Source of the DNA: Owenia fusiformis
Taxonomy: Eukaryota
Assembly: GCA_903813345.2 (NCBI GenBank)
Contig: CAIIXF020000001.1
Span: 28,458,001 to 28,522,000, forward strand
Length of the DNA: 64,000 nt
Direction of reading: 5' to 3'
Part shown: positions 1 through 12,464 of the stretch, one piece after another
How positions within the stretch are numbered: position 1 is the stretch's first letter
Layout of the letters: every line of letters starts with the position of its first letter
The notes under the pieces: generated by a model
What the model saw: only the letters and a program-made list of their open reading frames with translations
Told to the model about the DNA's origin: nothing
The model's database searches: none
Position numbers and translations under genes: made by a program

Positions 1-2834
1 ATATTATTTAGAAATATTTAGTAAATACTAATGCTTCCAGTTGTCTTCCAACCCCGTTGTTGTGACATTTCAAAAAATCTCAATTTTCATATTTGGCTCA
101 ACAGAAATCTGACTTCAGCGACCAGAAATTGAACAATTTTTTATACCCGCTTATGCGTCTTAACAGTTTTTAGGAAGTCAGTTTGGCAGATCAGTTTAAC
201 TACATATGATTTATGAATACTCGTTAATTCGACTCCTAGACAGATAATTCCAATATTTTCTCTGATCAGATGGGGCACGTTGACCAGACAACTCTCATCT
301 CAAGTTATCCAAGAAATTCCATCTGTTCTCTGTATCAAACCGTATGAATGACAGGCAGTCTTCCAAGCAATGTTCCTGAAGGTTATATTCATGTAGTAAA
401 TGTTGATTTTTTCCTGGGAAAATTGCTTAAAACATGTAGAACTGCAGGTATCTACTTAGATAATCTGCAATCCAGTTTTAGCATGTTTAGAGATGGGTTA
501 TAACCTAAGTGGCAAGGGGGCATGTAAAACTGTAAGAACAATTCGGGTGAATTATTTATTGAAGCAAAAATTTCATTTCAATTTCGAGGTTGGATTGACA
601 ATCAATATTTTTTCTTCCAGATGCATTATTTTCAAAATTTATAAGGAAAGAATTTGAGGAGGGGCATTTCAATTATTTCCAAATTGGACAAAATACATAC
701 ATGTAGATCTGAACTTGAAAAGAATAATGTCAATGTTCTGATTATATGAAATACTTGTTTTCAACTAGAAGGGATGATTCATTCTGCTGCAACCCCCCCC
801 CCCACCGATCCATATATTTCATGACACTTTTATGTCTTCATAAAAATCCTGAATAACTTCTCCATTTGACAGATAGTTTGGGAATTTGGGTAATTTCTAA
901 CAAAGTTCTTGCAAAACATGCAATGAATTTTTAAAGAAGCATCCCCACCCATCTGTGTTCCATTTGCTGTTTGCCATCGGGGTATCACGTGCCCTCAAAG
1001 CCCATAGAATAAGGCACATTAGGTTACTCAAGTCAATGTATTGCACTTAGATTTTTACTAGACATACCTATAATTATTTCACTGAAAAATTGAATGTTCT
1101 GCATTAATGTGTTGTTCCTCTTCCCCAACAGGCTGGAACTATTTTTGATTGCATAACAGCTGCACTTTGAAAACTGGTTCATAAAAAAGTGCATATAAAA
1201 AGCAGGGTGTATCATCAAAACTATAAAATCACTTGCTAAGTTGCTACACAGCTTCACCTTTACCCTGAATTCCCATTGGCTCATCATATCATCCTCTAAC
1301 TATAACATGTGATTTTGATACTGATTAGATATTTACGATCTCAAATGGAACTTCAAGAGAATTTGAATGTGACATGAATATTTGATACTCTTAGCTTAAT
1401 AGACAGAAAATGTTTTGTAGTTTTCTGTCAATATGTTCTGATTTAATATTTAATTAAAGAGTGTTAAGAGGTCTTTTGGAGAGGGTACTCAACTTTTACA
1501 TATTTTGTTTTCTTTGCTGTTTTTCGATGGTTCTTAAGATTTATTCTAACCTGATGATTGCGGACAACCCCAAAGAGGATAAAATAAAACGTAATGGGAA
1601 CATGTTGAAATCATTATCTCTTATCATAGATTTACTTTTAAAGAAAGACATAGAACCTTGCTAGAACTAGTTTTCATAAATTGGTGGAGATTTCACTCGA
1701 TTTCAACGTTAATTTTCATATTCGACTCAATAGTTTTTATCTCACAAAGTGCTAAATTAGAACTGTAAAAATTAGTATCTACAATAAAAAAAATCAGGTG
1801 CTCGTGCTTGGCTTGCTCAGAGATATCACCTGTTAGTATTGTAAGGGCTAATCAGCCTGAAGTAAGAACCTTCAGAGAAGATGCCACATTAGGAAAAGTG
1901 AGGAAAAATTGGGAGCGGGATATCATTTGCTCATTACTGCACTGCTAAATGAAGTTTTAGCAGAATATAATGATCATTGGGTACTAAAACATAGAATGTA
2001 CTGGGAAATTATGGTTGCAACATGATGCACTAATTAACAATTAAATTAAATGTAATTATCAAATAATGATTATAGCATAAAATATAAATGATGAACATCT
2101 GACAAAATCAGTATAAAATAAAACAGTCTTACAAGTTCATCACGACTCAGACCATTGGCAGTTGGCCTGGACAAATTCCAAATGAATTTCATTCGAGACC
2201 ATCGCAATCACAATCATACAAACAACACCCAGATAAGAGCAGGTTACATGTGATACCTTTAGCATTAGTTCACGAGAGTCCTGAGATCATTCCACTACAA
2301 GTGCTAATGCATAGGATGAACACCTGAGCAATCGCTTCAAGGGATATTCACATACACATATCAGTTTACCGCGTAGTAATACACCGTGTATCTGTATACT
2401 GATTTATAAAGACATTTGGGGATTATTCATTTAATTGAGATATCTTATTTCTATCAGTGCCTGAGTAAACATTCCGTCAACGTAAAAGTAACAAACTGTG
2501 AATGTTTCAGTAAAGTTTTCTGATGGAGCAATTAAAAGTTAGGATCGTTAGCTACGATAAGACAGACATTGGTTACGACTTGACTGTGCCCAGTATCGAA
2601 TAACCATCAACATTATTTTGCGTTATAAACGAACAACCAAACACAAACTGTGACTTGAATTAATGGATTGTGTTTACTGCCTAGGGTTTATCATATCTTA
2701 CAAGTAAAGTCAATAACAGGATGAGAAAACTTATTGACTAGTGAGATAGGCAACATACAAACATAGTGCTTTAAACATCTGTTTATTACATAAAGGTTAA
2801 TTAGCAGTTATGGCACTTTGAAATAACAACGGGA

Positions 2835-3737
2835 ATGAACCAGTGGAAATCTATTAAGAAATACATTTCAAGATCTCTCTCTGTGACAGAGAATAACAAG
2901 TCAAACATGCCAAAACCAATTTCTGGAAAGGTTGTGGCATCCTTTGAGACAGAAAATAAGTTTGTCTCGAGTTTAGCGACCATGGCTTCAAATGATATTT
3001 TAGTCACAGAGGACTACACTTTGAACGTGTACAAATCAGGGGGAAAACAAGGAGGACTGCTCAATGATCGGAATGATAAGGTTTATCCATGGAATGTTGC
3101 GGTGTTTCGTTTTGTAAATGAACACATTGCGATGACTTGCTGTGCAATGAAGGATGGCATTAATGAATGCGTGAAGATTTATAATACGAGGGGACATCTG
3201 TTGAAATCATTTGGCCAGAATTTGATACATCCTAGGGGATTAGCTGTAAATAGTCACAACCAGTTTGTAGTGACCGATTCCGAATCTAGAAATGTATATA
3301 TCTATGACGCAGATGGTTGTTTGTTACACTCTATTGATCACATAGACTATAATGACGAAAAGGTTTTCCAGCACCCTCTATATGTGGCAATTAACAACTC
3401 AAACTATGACATCATTGTGTCAGATTGCACAGCTGGTTGCGTTAAAGTATTTGATTGTGACGGTCGTTACCGATTTACATACAATGGCAAAGGGACACTC
3501 AACCCAAGAGGGGTGTGTAGTGATAAATTCGGGAACATCTTTATTACAGATTGGCATAGTGACAGTATCCACATGATTAACTCCCAGGGACTATTCCAGC
3601 GATGTATAGTGACCAAGAATGATGGGATTGAAAAGCCCCAGTGCCTGGTTGTGAACGAAACAGGAAACTTGGTTGTTGGGGAATATACTGGACACATAAA
3701 GACCTTCAGCTATTTATCTAAAATGTCAAGTGTTTGA
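2835..3737 (+). CDS. NHL-repeat (TRIM2/3/71-type six-bladed beta-propeller) protein, single exon, no RING/B-box visible
   Basis: 300-aa ORF with repeated NHL blades: HPRGLAVNSHNQFVVTDS..VYIYD, HPLYVAINNSNYDIIVSD..VKVFD, NPRGVCSDKFGNIFITD..IHMIN, KPQCLVVNETGNLVVGE. Confidence 0.85.
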   Translation: MNQWKSIKKYISRSLSVTENNKSNMPKPISGKVVASFETENKFVSSLATMASNDILVTEDYTLNVYKSGGKQGGLLNDRNDKVYPWNVAVFRFVNEHIAMTCCAMKDGINECVKIYNTRGHLLKSFGQNLIHPRGLAVNSHNQFVVTDSESRNVYIYDADGCLLHSIDHIDYNDEKVFQHPLYVAINNSNYDIIVSDCTAGCVKVFDCDGRYRFTYNGKGTLNPRGVCSDKFGNIFITDWHSDSIHMINSQGLFQRCIVTKNDGIEKPQCLVVNETGNLVVGEYTGHIKTFSYLSKMSSV

Positions 3738-3946
3738 GATACTCTAAGTGGCAAAATTTTTGAGAGTATCTAATACTTGTATAACAGTGAATAACGCTTG
3801 TGTTCTTGAGATAAGTCAAGAGTTAGTCAGGGGATAGTTACCAAAGTTACCAAACATTTCCCGTGTACTAACACGCTTATTTGCATGCGTGTAAATTGAT
3901 GAACTGTGTTAGTTTAGCAACGAGCCCTTGTGACCCCGCCCCACTA

Positions 3947-4889
3947 CAGGGCGTCCACAAAACCCAACTTCAAAACAAATCTATTAGAATCCTGGGCAGT
4001 TTTTTAAAAATACAAAGGTAGCAGTAAAAAGCCTGATTTATTTTTCATCAAATGGTACCTAGACCATGATGTAACCATCATGTATGACTGAGCAATCTTG
4101 ACCATTATGAGATGTGGTAAAATTAGCACTGTGCCATGTTACCTTCCTGTGTGGCAATTGATGTGTAATTGGCTTAGTATTCTTTTTCTGTTATATTATG
4201 TTAGAGGATGGGCCTTTTGGACTGGGGACTGAGTAACTCATGAAAAAAAGTTTGACAAAAAGCTTAACTTATTCTAAAATAGGCCTGCAAAAATGGTTCA
4301 ACTGACACCTGAACAGTAGAGCCAACAAAAAGTTCTAAAAAGCAAGGCCAATGTACTGTTTATAGAACCCTCATTCTTACTTTTGAAATTGAAATGTATT
4401 TAAGCAATACTGTCTCACATGAATCTACTTATTGAGACTCAATAAACTTGAGTTCTTCCGAGAAAATGAGGATTTCAGCAAGGGCTATTGACTTTACATG
4501 GGGATACAATTGACTTCAAAGCTGCATATCATCAAGTAGAAGTTGCTGATCAAGAGGCTCCTTGGATCCAATTTCGCGAGAGTTATGCAAAAGTGTGAAG
4601 ACATGGAACATTGAACAAGCTTGAATTTAAACATTAGTAATGTTCTGAACACAAAAAAAACATTCACTGTGTCATTCCTACTTGAATGCTAACCTGGCAC
4701 AGTGCTGATTTTACCACCTTTCATAATGGTCATGATTGTTCAGTCATCCACGACAGTTACATAATGATCTAGGTATCGTTTGATGGAGAAAAAATCAGGC
4801 TTTTTACTGCTACCTTTGTGTTTTAAAAAAATGCTCAGAATTCTAGTATCCTGGCTTTGAAGTTGGGTATACTTTTTGTGGACACCCTG
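3947..4889. mobile_element. Tc1/mariner-type MITE
   Basis: TA|CAGGGCGTCCACAAAA ... TTTTGTGGACACCCTG|TA; imperfect inverted arms extend ~200 bp; non-coding. Confidence 0.85.
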
Positions 4890-4972
4890 TACAACAATTC
4901 AAAAGGTGTTAAGCCAAGGGGGTCACAGAGGCTTGTAGCTAGACGATGTGGTTTTCATGTCTTACACCAAGT

Positions 4973-5060
4973 TAGTCTTGCTTCAATACTGTGGTCCTGG
5001 CTCCCTATCTAAACAAAACGCTTTTTAGAGTAGATACTCCAGGCTCTTGAAGCAAGACTA
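4973..5060. mobile_element. 88-bp non-autonomous element with TAG..CTA ends and a 9-bp TSD (AcademH-like)
   Basis: TIR TAGTCTTGCTTCAA/TTGAAGCAAGACTA flanked by perfect direct repeat ACACCAAGT (4964-4972, 5061-5069). Confidence 0.75.
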
Positions 5061-7943
5061 ACACCAAGTCTCTGCTATATAACATAACAGTAAATCTAGA
5101 ATTTTTTTGTACAATACATTTTTGGGTGTATGTCAGTGCCATGAAATCAAAATTGTATGAACTTGAGTAAACGCAAAAAAATAAATTGACAACTTCACAA
5201 TATTTAAAAGCACAATTTAAAAGTTAATATACTTCAATGATGCCACGAAGAACAGTCATAAATCAAGGTGAAAACTAACAAGAGTTTAAAAATGTTAGGC
5301 CATCAAACCCAAAAATTGGGCCCAACATTTGGAAATTTAGGTGGCCATTTCTTGATAATTTGGCCTAAAATTAAAAATAAGGCCCAAAAAGGCCCATACA
5401 CGTCGCACGAAACTGGGGACAATTGGCGTAACATTATGGCGTCAAAAAAACAAAACAAAACAATGAGCAGTATCAAGGGCGTAAACAGCCTTACAACGTC
5501 AAAAACGACAAGCGTCACATTTTTACAAGTTTACTCAACCTAAAAATAAAATACTTTATCTTTATCTAATCTTTACAAAATTTACAGGGTAGCAAGATCT
5601 CGAGGACAATATTTCTAAAATGTTTTTGAATTTTGAAAAACGGTCAAGAAATTTATTTGGGGCGTTAGTAAATATTGATATGTATGGAATTTGTGGTACA
5701 AAATCGATGCGTCACATTTTTTCAAGTCTAGAAAACCAGCTCTTATTTTAATATTATTTGCAAAATAGACAAACTGGTTATTGTTTTGTAAATTTCGCCA
5801 TGACAATATTGTGCAGTTAATTTTTCTTTCAAATCAGACCTAAATTAGAAGGTTAAATGAAGGTAAACTTATTGCTCGTCCCATTCGCCTTCAAAACCTT
5901 ACACAATTTTTAAATTTTTAAAAGCGTTCGTTTTAAGATAATTTGAACTGTAGCCGTCAAGCAATTGTGACGTCATAAATGCACATGTTCGATTGAATAA
6001 AATGTGAAATTTTAGTGCGAATTTGATCATTATTTCAAAAGTTATCCCAATTTCAACGAGCCCCGTAAGCGCAAAGTGTTACGTCTTACAGCGTATTTGA
6101 CGATGTCGGGGTATATTTAACTTTAAAAATATGTAGGATCCCATCAAAATTTTGAAGGAAAAATAATTTCACTGAAATGCAAATAAAAAATACTTCAAAA
6201 AGGTATATAAAACACCTAGTTAAGTTTTTAAATGAGGCAGAGATTAACGCTCAAAGCTGAGATCAGCCCGCATTTCCCGAATTGTCCCCAGGTCCTTGCA
6301 CGTCATACCAATAATTTTTTTCTGAATCCATCTTAGGGGTGCGGGGCAAGTTTGTCTCTTTCATTGCGAGTGATTTGAAGAGATTCGTGGATGTATTCCA
6401 ATTCGAATATTACTATGCATACTAACAGGTAGGTAACACAATGACGCGTTTTGGGCTGTGTAATGGCATAGGCTTTCAGGAGAATGGTATACAACTCTGT
6501 GTTATAAACATGAGAACTTCAAAGTGAGCAGTGCCTTGCTTCTTTTTTTGATAAATGTTTATATTTTTAGTATTATCTTGAAGAAAAATCAATTCGGGAT
6601 GTGATTCAAGCATAAAACATTTTAATCCCATTTAAAACTAAACAAAAAAGACTGATAAGAAAAAGAGGCATCAAAATGCTCGAACTCCCGTGCAGTGATA
6701 TATCTATACCGAGATACTGCATAGGAGTTCGCAAAATGCTCTCTTCAAATGTTGCATTGTGGGTAATTATTCAAGAACACATTCCAATAAAGATATTATT
6801 TGTGGGAGAATGTTCACTTTCATTATTGCCACAGATTTTATTTCTTAAATAATTCATGAAAAGTACAAATTCGATTTTTCTTGGAATGTGTACATGAAGC
6901 ATTTTCTCCAATTTTGAAAACCCAAGGCAATACTTGTGTATAAATTATGGGAAGTTGCATACCCTTCTGTTGAAAACCCATGGTAATGGCTAGCTTGACG
7001 ACTGTGTATTTCAATGGGGTTTTACATAAATCACTATATCTTCCTGTACATTACAAAAACAATCTTTAGTTCACACTATTTTGGAAACCACGGTTCGCTG
7101 AAATATCAGGGATTTATCCAGACGTGTACATACGGTAATTTGCATTCAGACCCTTATTTCCCTGGACGTCCATGTTATCCAACGGAGAAACATTTTTTGC
7201 CGTTTTTGGTAAGTTCAAACGATTAAGATTTGGTTTTCACATACTTATTCTTGTAGTCTTTATGCAATAAAATCATTCAAAAATATAGACATTCTTACAA
7301 TTTGAGCTTACAAAAAGAAGTTTTAATAATAATAGTTGACATTGCGTAGTAAATAGTTTACAAAAATATTTTACTGCTTAATAATAGTTTGATTAAAAAT
7401 ACAGTTGTTGCAGATATGCTATTATAAACATGTAAAATAAAATTTATTTGAATGAGCTTTTTAAAATTATAGTTAAACTATTATTTTCGCTTCTACAGCT
7501 ATTATTTATGTCTTCAACATGAACGACAAACTATTATTACGCAGCTTGTTCATGAACATTTTAGATGATGAAATCACCGTTTTACAAGTTTATTTCTGAT
7601 TGTCATCGTTTCTGATTTCCAGTATTTGCTGACTTAAGCTTTAAAGAGGAAAACTTCAGTTAATGGATACACCCGGGTGTCTTATGTAACATGTGAAATG
7701 CCTACCAGATAACAAACAGCCAATCAGCTGTTAGCAGGGGATGTGGCTTAGCAGTAATGGGTTATTTATAAACACAAGCACATGGCATTTTGTTGCTATG
7801 ATTCATTCATTTATATTTATATATCCTAATTTCCCAAACATCATTGATTATTGAACAATTCATTGTAGATATTTAGGTTATAATTGTTCATCAATTATAT
7901 CTAGTATATTGTTTTCATTTCTGCAAAGTTTGGTGTATAGTCA

Positions 7944-8528
7944 TTAATCCCATAGATGTCCCATATAATCAATTCCTCCAGGATTGGGGAGCCATCCACG
8001 CACAAGTCTTACTATACAATCTGGCATGATGTCTCTTCTGTGTCCATGATATACATATAAGTTTCTCCTCGCATCCGTCTGCAGTGCCAATTGTTTTTTT
8101 GAAACATATCGAGGGTGCCTCCATGCACCTCTATGTTGCAGCATCACCCAGAATTTTTTGTAACATTTTTTTCTAGCTGTTGAATTCCTTTCATGAGGCT
8201 CACTGGTTTCTGTTTGCCACCACAACTGTCTAAACTGTTCTGATGTGCAACACGGGGCACAAAAACAATGTGGGCATTCATCAGTACCCAATACTGGTGG
8301 AAATATCGGAGGGCCCAATGGATCATTATCGTCACTGTCTACATCCATGTCAGTTTTAGTCTCGACTGGTTGGCTTGATTGTTCACTATTTTCACTTTCC
8401 AAATGTTGCTTTAAATCTGCAATACCAGCTTCTTTCACAGTGATGCCACAATGCTCTAAAAATGTTCGTATTGCAAGTTCTTCTGTTTCATCAGTCCATA
8501 TGGCAAATATATAACGTTTTGCAGACAT
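7944..8528 (-). CDS. Kolobok accessory protein (KolX-like; resembles the P2X7 cytoplasmic ballast/Zn domain)
   Basis: First ATG at 8528 (the track start is TTG). Cys cluster CPHCFCAPCC, RKKCYKKFW and C-terminal IMPDCIVRLVRGWLPNPGGIDYMGH resemble the ballast pattern R..AYR....W...LPSC....IR..FP...G.Y.GF. Confidence 0.65.
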   Translation of the reverse strand: MSAKRYIFAIWTDETEELAIRTFLEHCGITVKEAGIADLKQHLESENSEQSSQPVETKTDMDVDSDDNDPLGPPIFPPVLGTDECPHCFCAPCCTSEQFRQLWWQTETSEPHERNSTARKKCYKKFWVMLQHRGAWRHPRYVSKKQLALQTDARRNLYVYHGHRRDIMPDCIVRLVRGWLPNPGGIDYMGHLWD

Positions 8529-9603
8529 TTTTGCATGGAACAAAAAATGATTATAAGTAATTGTTTATATGCTGGTTCTGATAAGAGTTTTGAATATACT
8601 GTTTATAGATAGTGGGGATGGTCACATGAGATTCTACTTCTAATACAAGTCAAGCTAAGTTCAAAATACCATATTCATTCTATCAAAATACTTGCACACT
8701 TTTCAGGATAATGCAAACCAGCAAAAATAAGTAGTTTGGGCACATTTTGGAACACTTATGGTAATTCATTAGAAATTGCTAAAAGAGCAGTGGTAGGTAA
8801 ATGGGACCTTATGGCTATGTGTTGACAGACTTATGAAGACATTTCACAAGTGTGTATCAAATCAAAGTTAGATTATCATCATTCAAAGTCTTTTTCAATG
8901 GCAGATCCCTTGATCTTTTAGTGTATGTTCCATGGATCTGTAATCTTCATCCCATAATCAGACCATTACTTGTAGATTAGACCAGCATGATCACTTGTAA
9001 TGTTCTGGATAGCTACCTCCTATGGATCATCATTATCTAACCGAGGGTGTACCACTTGGTACTCCACTTGATTAGCTACACTATAAGCTATAATAATTAA
9101 TATAATAGACCATATAAATTCACATTACTCTATATCAATAAGGCACACAAATGAAAGTTGACATTTTTACTAGCCATGGATGAACACATTCTGATGACCC
9201 CTTGGATTTGCCTCATGTCTCCGGACACCCCCCTCCCCAGGATCACCCAAACTTAATAGTAAACTATAAGATCTGACAACATGAGTAAGGAATGATGCAA
9301 GCTGGATGACAATAACTTGTTTGACATTGCTTAGTTGCCAAATGGTGCGGGAAGTAAGATCATTCTTGCATAAAAATGAAATGACTAAGTTAATATTTAG
9401 TTCCATGTACAAAAGTTACTTTCCTGTGTACATTTACAATTTCACCAGATCATTGGTAAAACTGAAGAGAAGAAATCTTATCAAATGACACATCCCTGAG
9501 AACAAATCTGTCAAAACTCAAAAACCAAAACCAAGCACTTTATCAGTGATTTTCTCCTGAATAAGACATATCAATAAGCATATAAGCAAAACTATCAAAG
9601 AAA

Positions 9604-11217
9604 ATGAGTGAAGAAAAGAAATTCTCTAATAAGGGGTTGACCTTTCAACTCTATTTGAGAGGAAATGAAGTAAGAAAAAATGAAGTTCTTAGAAAAATGA
9701 GATTCCTCAAGGAAAAATCGCTTTCTAAAAAGTTGTCAAATAACACTGACGTAATTGAAGAGGCCCTTGATTTTTGGATTAAAAATCATTCAAGAGAAAC
9801 TGAAACGGCACAACCAGCATCGCAATTGGTCATCAATCAGGACTTTGTACCACTTCAACCATTTTCCTCTGTTTCTAAGGATGACACAAACGAATTGATG
9901 TTTTTAACAACAACAAGTGCCATAAACCTTCTTGTAGCACAATCGAGTCATCACCAAGAACTATGTAACTCCACTCTTCAATGGGAGAACAGTACAATGC
10001 ATGGGCACGTCGCCATTGCTAATCTTAGATGTGAGCATGGACATAATATAAGATGGACTTCATCCCCATACATGGCAAATGCTCATTTTCTTGTTAATTA
10101 TAGAGTGTTCCATGGTTATATTACATCTGGGATGATACCTTCAAAGTATGAACGATTCTCTGAAGGTGCTAACATTGGCACCATGTCCCAAAGCTATTTG
10201 GACAATCTTACAAAGGAGTTCGCCAATATAATTAAATCTTTGAAAAATGAATCATCTGAGAACGCTGTCGAGTTGGAAATTGGGATGTATCCAAACTTAG
10301 AAGAAGGAATTACCATCATGACAGATGCTAGACACGGTTGCAGAAAGAACGCTAAAGACTGTGATATAGTTTGCATTGGTGAAAAAACTCATCAAGTCTT
10401 GCATTCAATCCATGTTACAAAGAGAGATGATCCCTGTTCACAGCGACATGAAACATTCGGCACACGCAGAATGTACGATGATTTTGAGAGGCAAAATGTG
10501 TCTATTGGTACACACGTTCACGATTGTAATGGTGCTGTGAACTGCCTTGTGAGAGATACTCAGATATTTACGGACAACCAAAATGACTCATGGCACGCCT
10601 GCATTGCTTTAAAGAAGCAAATTCAAAATGTTGCATCAGGGCCCAAGTATAAGCATGGTCAATCATGGCATGCTCAACTGGAAGATAAACCAGAAGCAAT
10701 AAGGAAATTTGCTTATACAGCCATGAAAAATTGTGGCGAGAATGCAGAAACATTGAGATACATGCTGGCAAATATGACTGAACATTTCCAAAATAATCAT
10801 CAAAACTGTTTTGATCAATCTCGCTGTCGACTAGATCCAAACTATGAACCAAGTACAATTGTTGTGAGAAACGATGTTGCTATTCGACTATTAAATGATA
10901 CAATTAAAAAAAGCACAATCTATAAAAATGCACATAATTACACAAAGGCGCTTTCAACAGCATATGTTGAAAGTTTTAACAATACACTAAACATGTTCCA
11001 GGATAAACGGATTTACTTTCAAGATATTCAATATGAAATGAGGACAAATTTAGCTGTATTATACTGGAATGAGAATGTGGACAGGGCTTATACAAGCTTG
11101 TTCGAATCAGAAGCCCCAGACATTCCCTTCAAGCACCCCAAAAAAGTTCTAACAAAACCAACATATTCCTTCAGAGAAAACATTTGGGAAAAACTGATTG
11201 AATCAGTTTATACCTAG
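9604..11217 (+). CDS. Kolobok-type DDE transposase
   Basis: Intact 537-aa ORF; His/Cys finger HHQELC..LRCEHGH; candidate catalytic motifs MTDARH, HVHDCN, NDSWH, TAYVESFNN; tail LAVLYWNEN; lies between TIRs. Confidence 0.8.
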   Translation: MSEEKKFSNKGLTFQLYLRGNEVRKNEVLRKMRFLKEKSLSKKLSNNTDVIEEALDFWIKNHSRETETAQPASQLVINQDFVPLQPFSSVSKDDTNELMFLTTTSAINLLVAQSSHHQELCNSTLQWENSTMHGHVAIANLRCEHGHNIRWTSSPYMANAHFLVNYRVFHGYITSGMIPSKYERFSEGANIGTMSQSYLDNLTKEFANIIKSLKNESSENAVELEIGMYPNLEEGITIMTDARHGCRKNAKDCDIVCIGEKTHQVLHSIHVTKRDDPCSQRHETFGTRRMYDDFERQNVSIGTHVHDCNGAVNCLVRDTQIFTDNQNDSWHACIALKKQIQNVASGPKYKHGQSWHAQLEDKPEAIRKFAYTAMKNCGENAETLRYMLANMTEHFQNNHQNCFDQSRCRLDPNYEPSTIVVRNDVAIRLLNDTIKKSTIYKNAHNYTKALSTAYVESFNNTLNMFQDKRIYFQDIQYEMRTNLAVLYWNENVDRAYTSLFESEAPDIPFKHPKKVLTKPTYSFRENIWEKLIESVYT

Positions 11218-11713
11218 AACCAAAGGATATATACAACATTGAATCAAAACATATTTTGGATTTTTATATATTTGGATATTCATCTTCAGTTCTGGATTAC
11301 TTGAATAATGGTCATGAACTGGTAAGTAGGCACATTTTGTCTATCACTTCATAACAGAACCACATGCTTTTGTTTACTTGTCATGACCTTTGACCTGAGA
11401 GCATAACATATTATTGGTCAAGTTCAAATTAAAGCCACATCCCACTGCGAATATTTAATGAGACATTTAAAATATTTCTTTTCAAGTTTGCTTGAAATAT
11501 ACTGGATAATATTGGAATATGATTCGACATTTCTATTCTTTATGGTTTAATACATAACTGTTAGAAATTTGGATGACTGGAAGTTCCTAGAAATCATGAT
11601 AATGGCAAAAGCAAAATAAATTTACTGGTTTCAGTGATTCAAAAATTTTCAACAGCCATAATTGGCTGTTCCAGCTCTTCCATCTTCCTTTTATACCCGG
11701 TTTTCCCCTTTAA

Positions 11714-12464
11714 GGTCTCATGGAAGTTAACAGGAAATGACAAAACAAAAAATGACAAAGTCATGCTGGATTTTGAAAATTTTTTGAACCAAGATAACAG
11801 AGTTCTGTTTGGACCTCCAGTCAGTTTAACTAGTTCCACATATCATTTACATGACTGGGAACACAATTGAAATGGTCAGAATGACCATAAACATGATAAA
11901 ATAACCTTTTCAGCCCTCTGAAAATGTGACTGAAAAATAGCTAAAAGTAGGTGCTCAGGAAAGGTCAATCAACAGAATCTTTTGATTTTTTCAGAAAATG
12001 TGTCCAATATATTGCTCTAAATGACACAATCTTTGAAATTCAAAAAAATTGTCTGAAACAATAATGGCTGTTGTAAAAAGGAAAATAGATCGATTTTCAA
12101 TTCAGTTTTTTTAAATTTTTTCTAAGAATGATATCAAATTTGTTTAAATTGTATCATTTAGAGCAATATATTGGGCACATTTTCTGAAAAAGTCAAAAGA
12201 TTCTGTTCAGTGACCTTTCCTGAGCACAGACTCTTAGCTATTTTTTAGTCACATTTTCAGAGGGCTGAAAAGGTTATTCTATCATGTTTATGGTCATTCT
12301 GACCATTTCAATTGTGTTCCCGGTCATGTAAATGATATGTGGAACTAGTTAAACTGACTGGAGGTCCAAACAGAACTCTGTTATCTTGGTTCAAAAAATT
12401 TTCAAAATCCAGCATGGCTTTGTCATTTTTTATTTTGTCATTTCCTGTTAACTTCCATGAGACC
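11714..12464. mobile_element. TTAA-targeting foldback MITE (Kolobok-type ends) nested in the larger element
   Basis: TTAA|GGTCTCATGGAAGTTAACAGG ... CCTGTTAACTTCCATGAGACC|TTAA; near-perfect inverted arms of ~310 bp. Confidence 0.9.

Noticed and set aside
3912-4944. Older small inverted-repeat element interrupted by the mariner MITE
   Set aside because: The ~26-bp imperfect inverted match is suggestive, but no TSD or clear termini could be found
5395-6305. Possible TIR element (CTGGGGACAATT / AATTGTCCCCAG)
   Set aside because: Only a ~12-bp exact inverted match, with no definable termini or TSD
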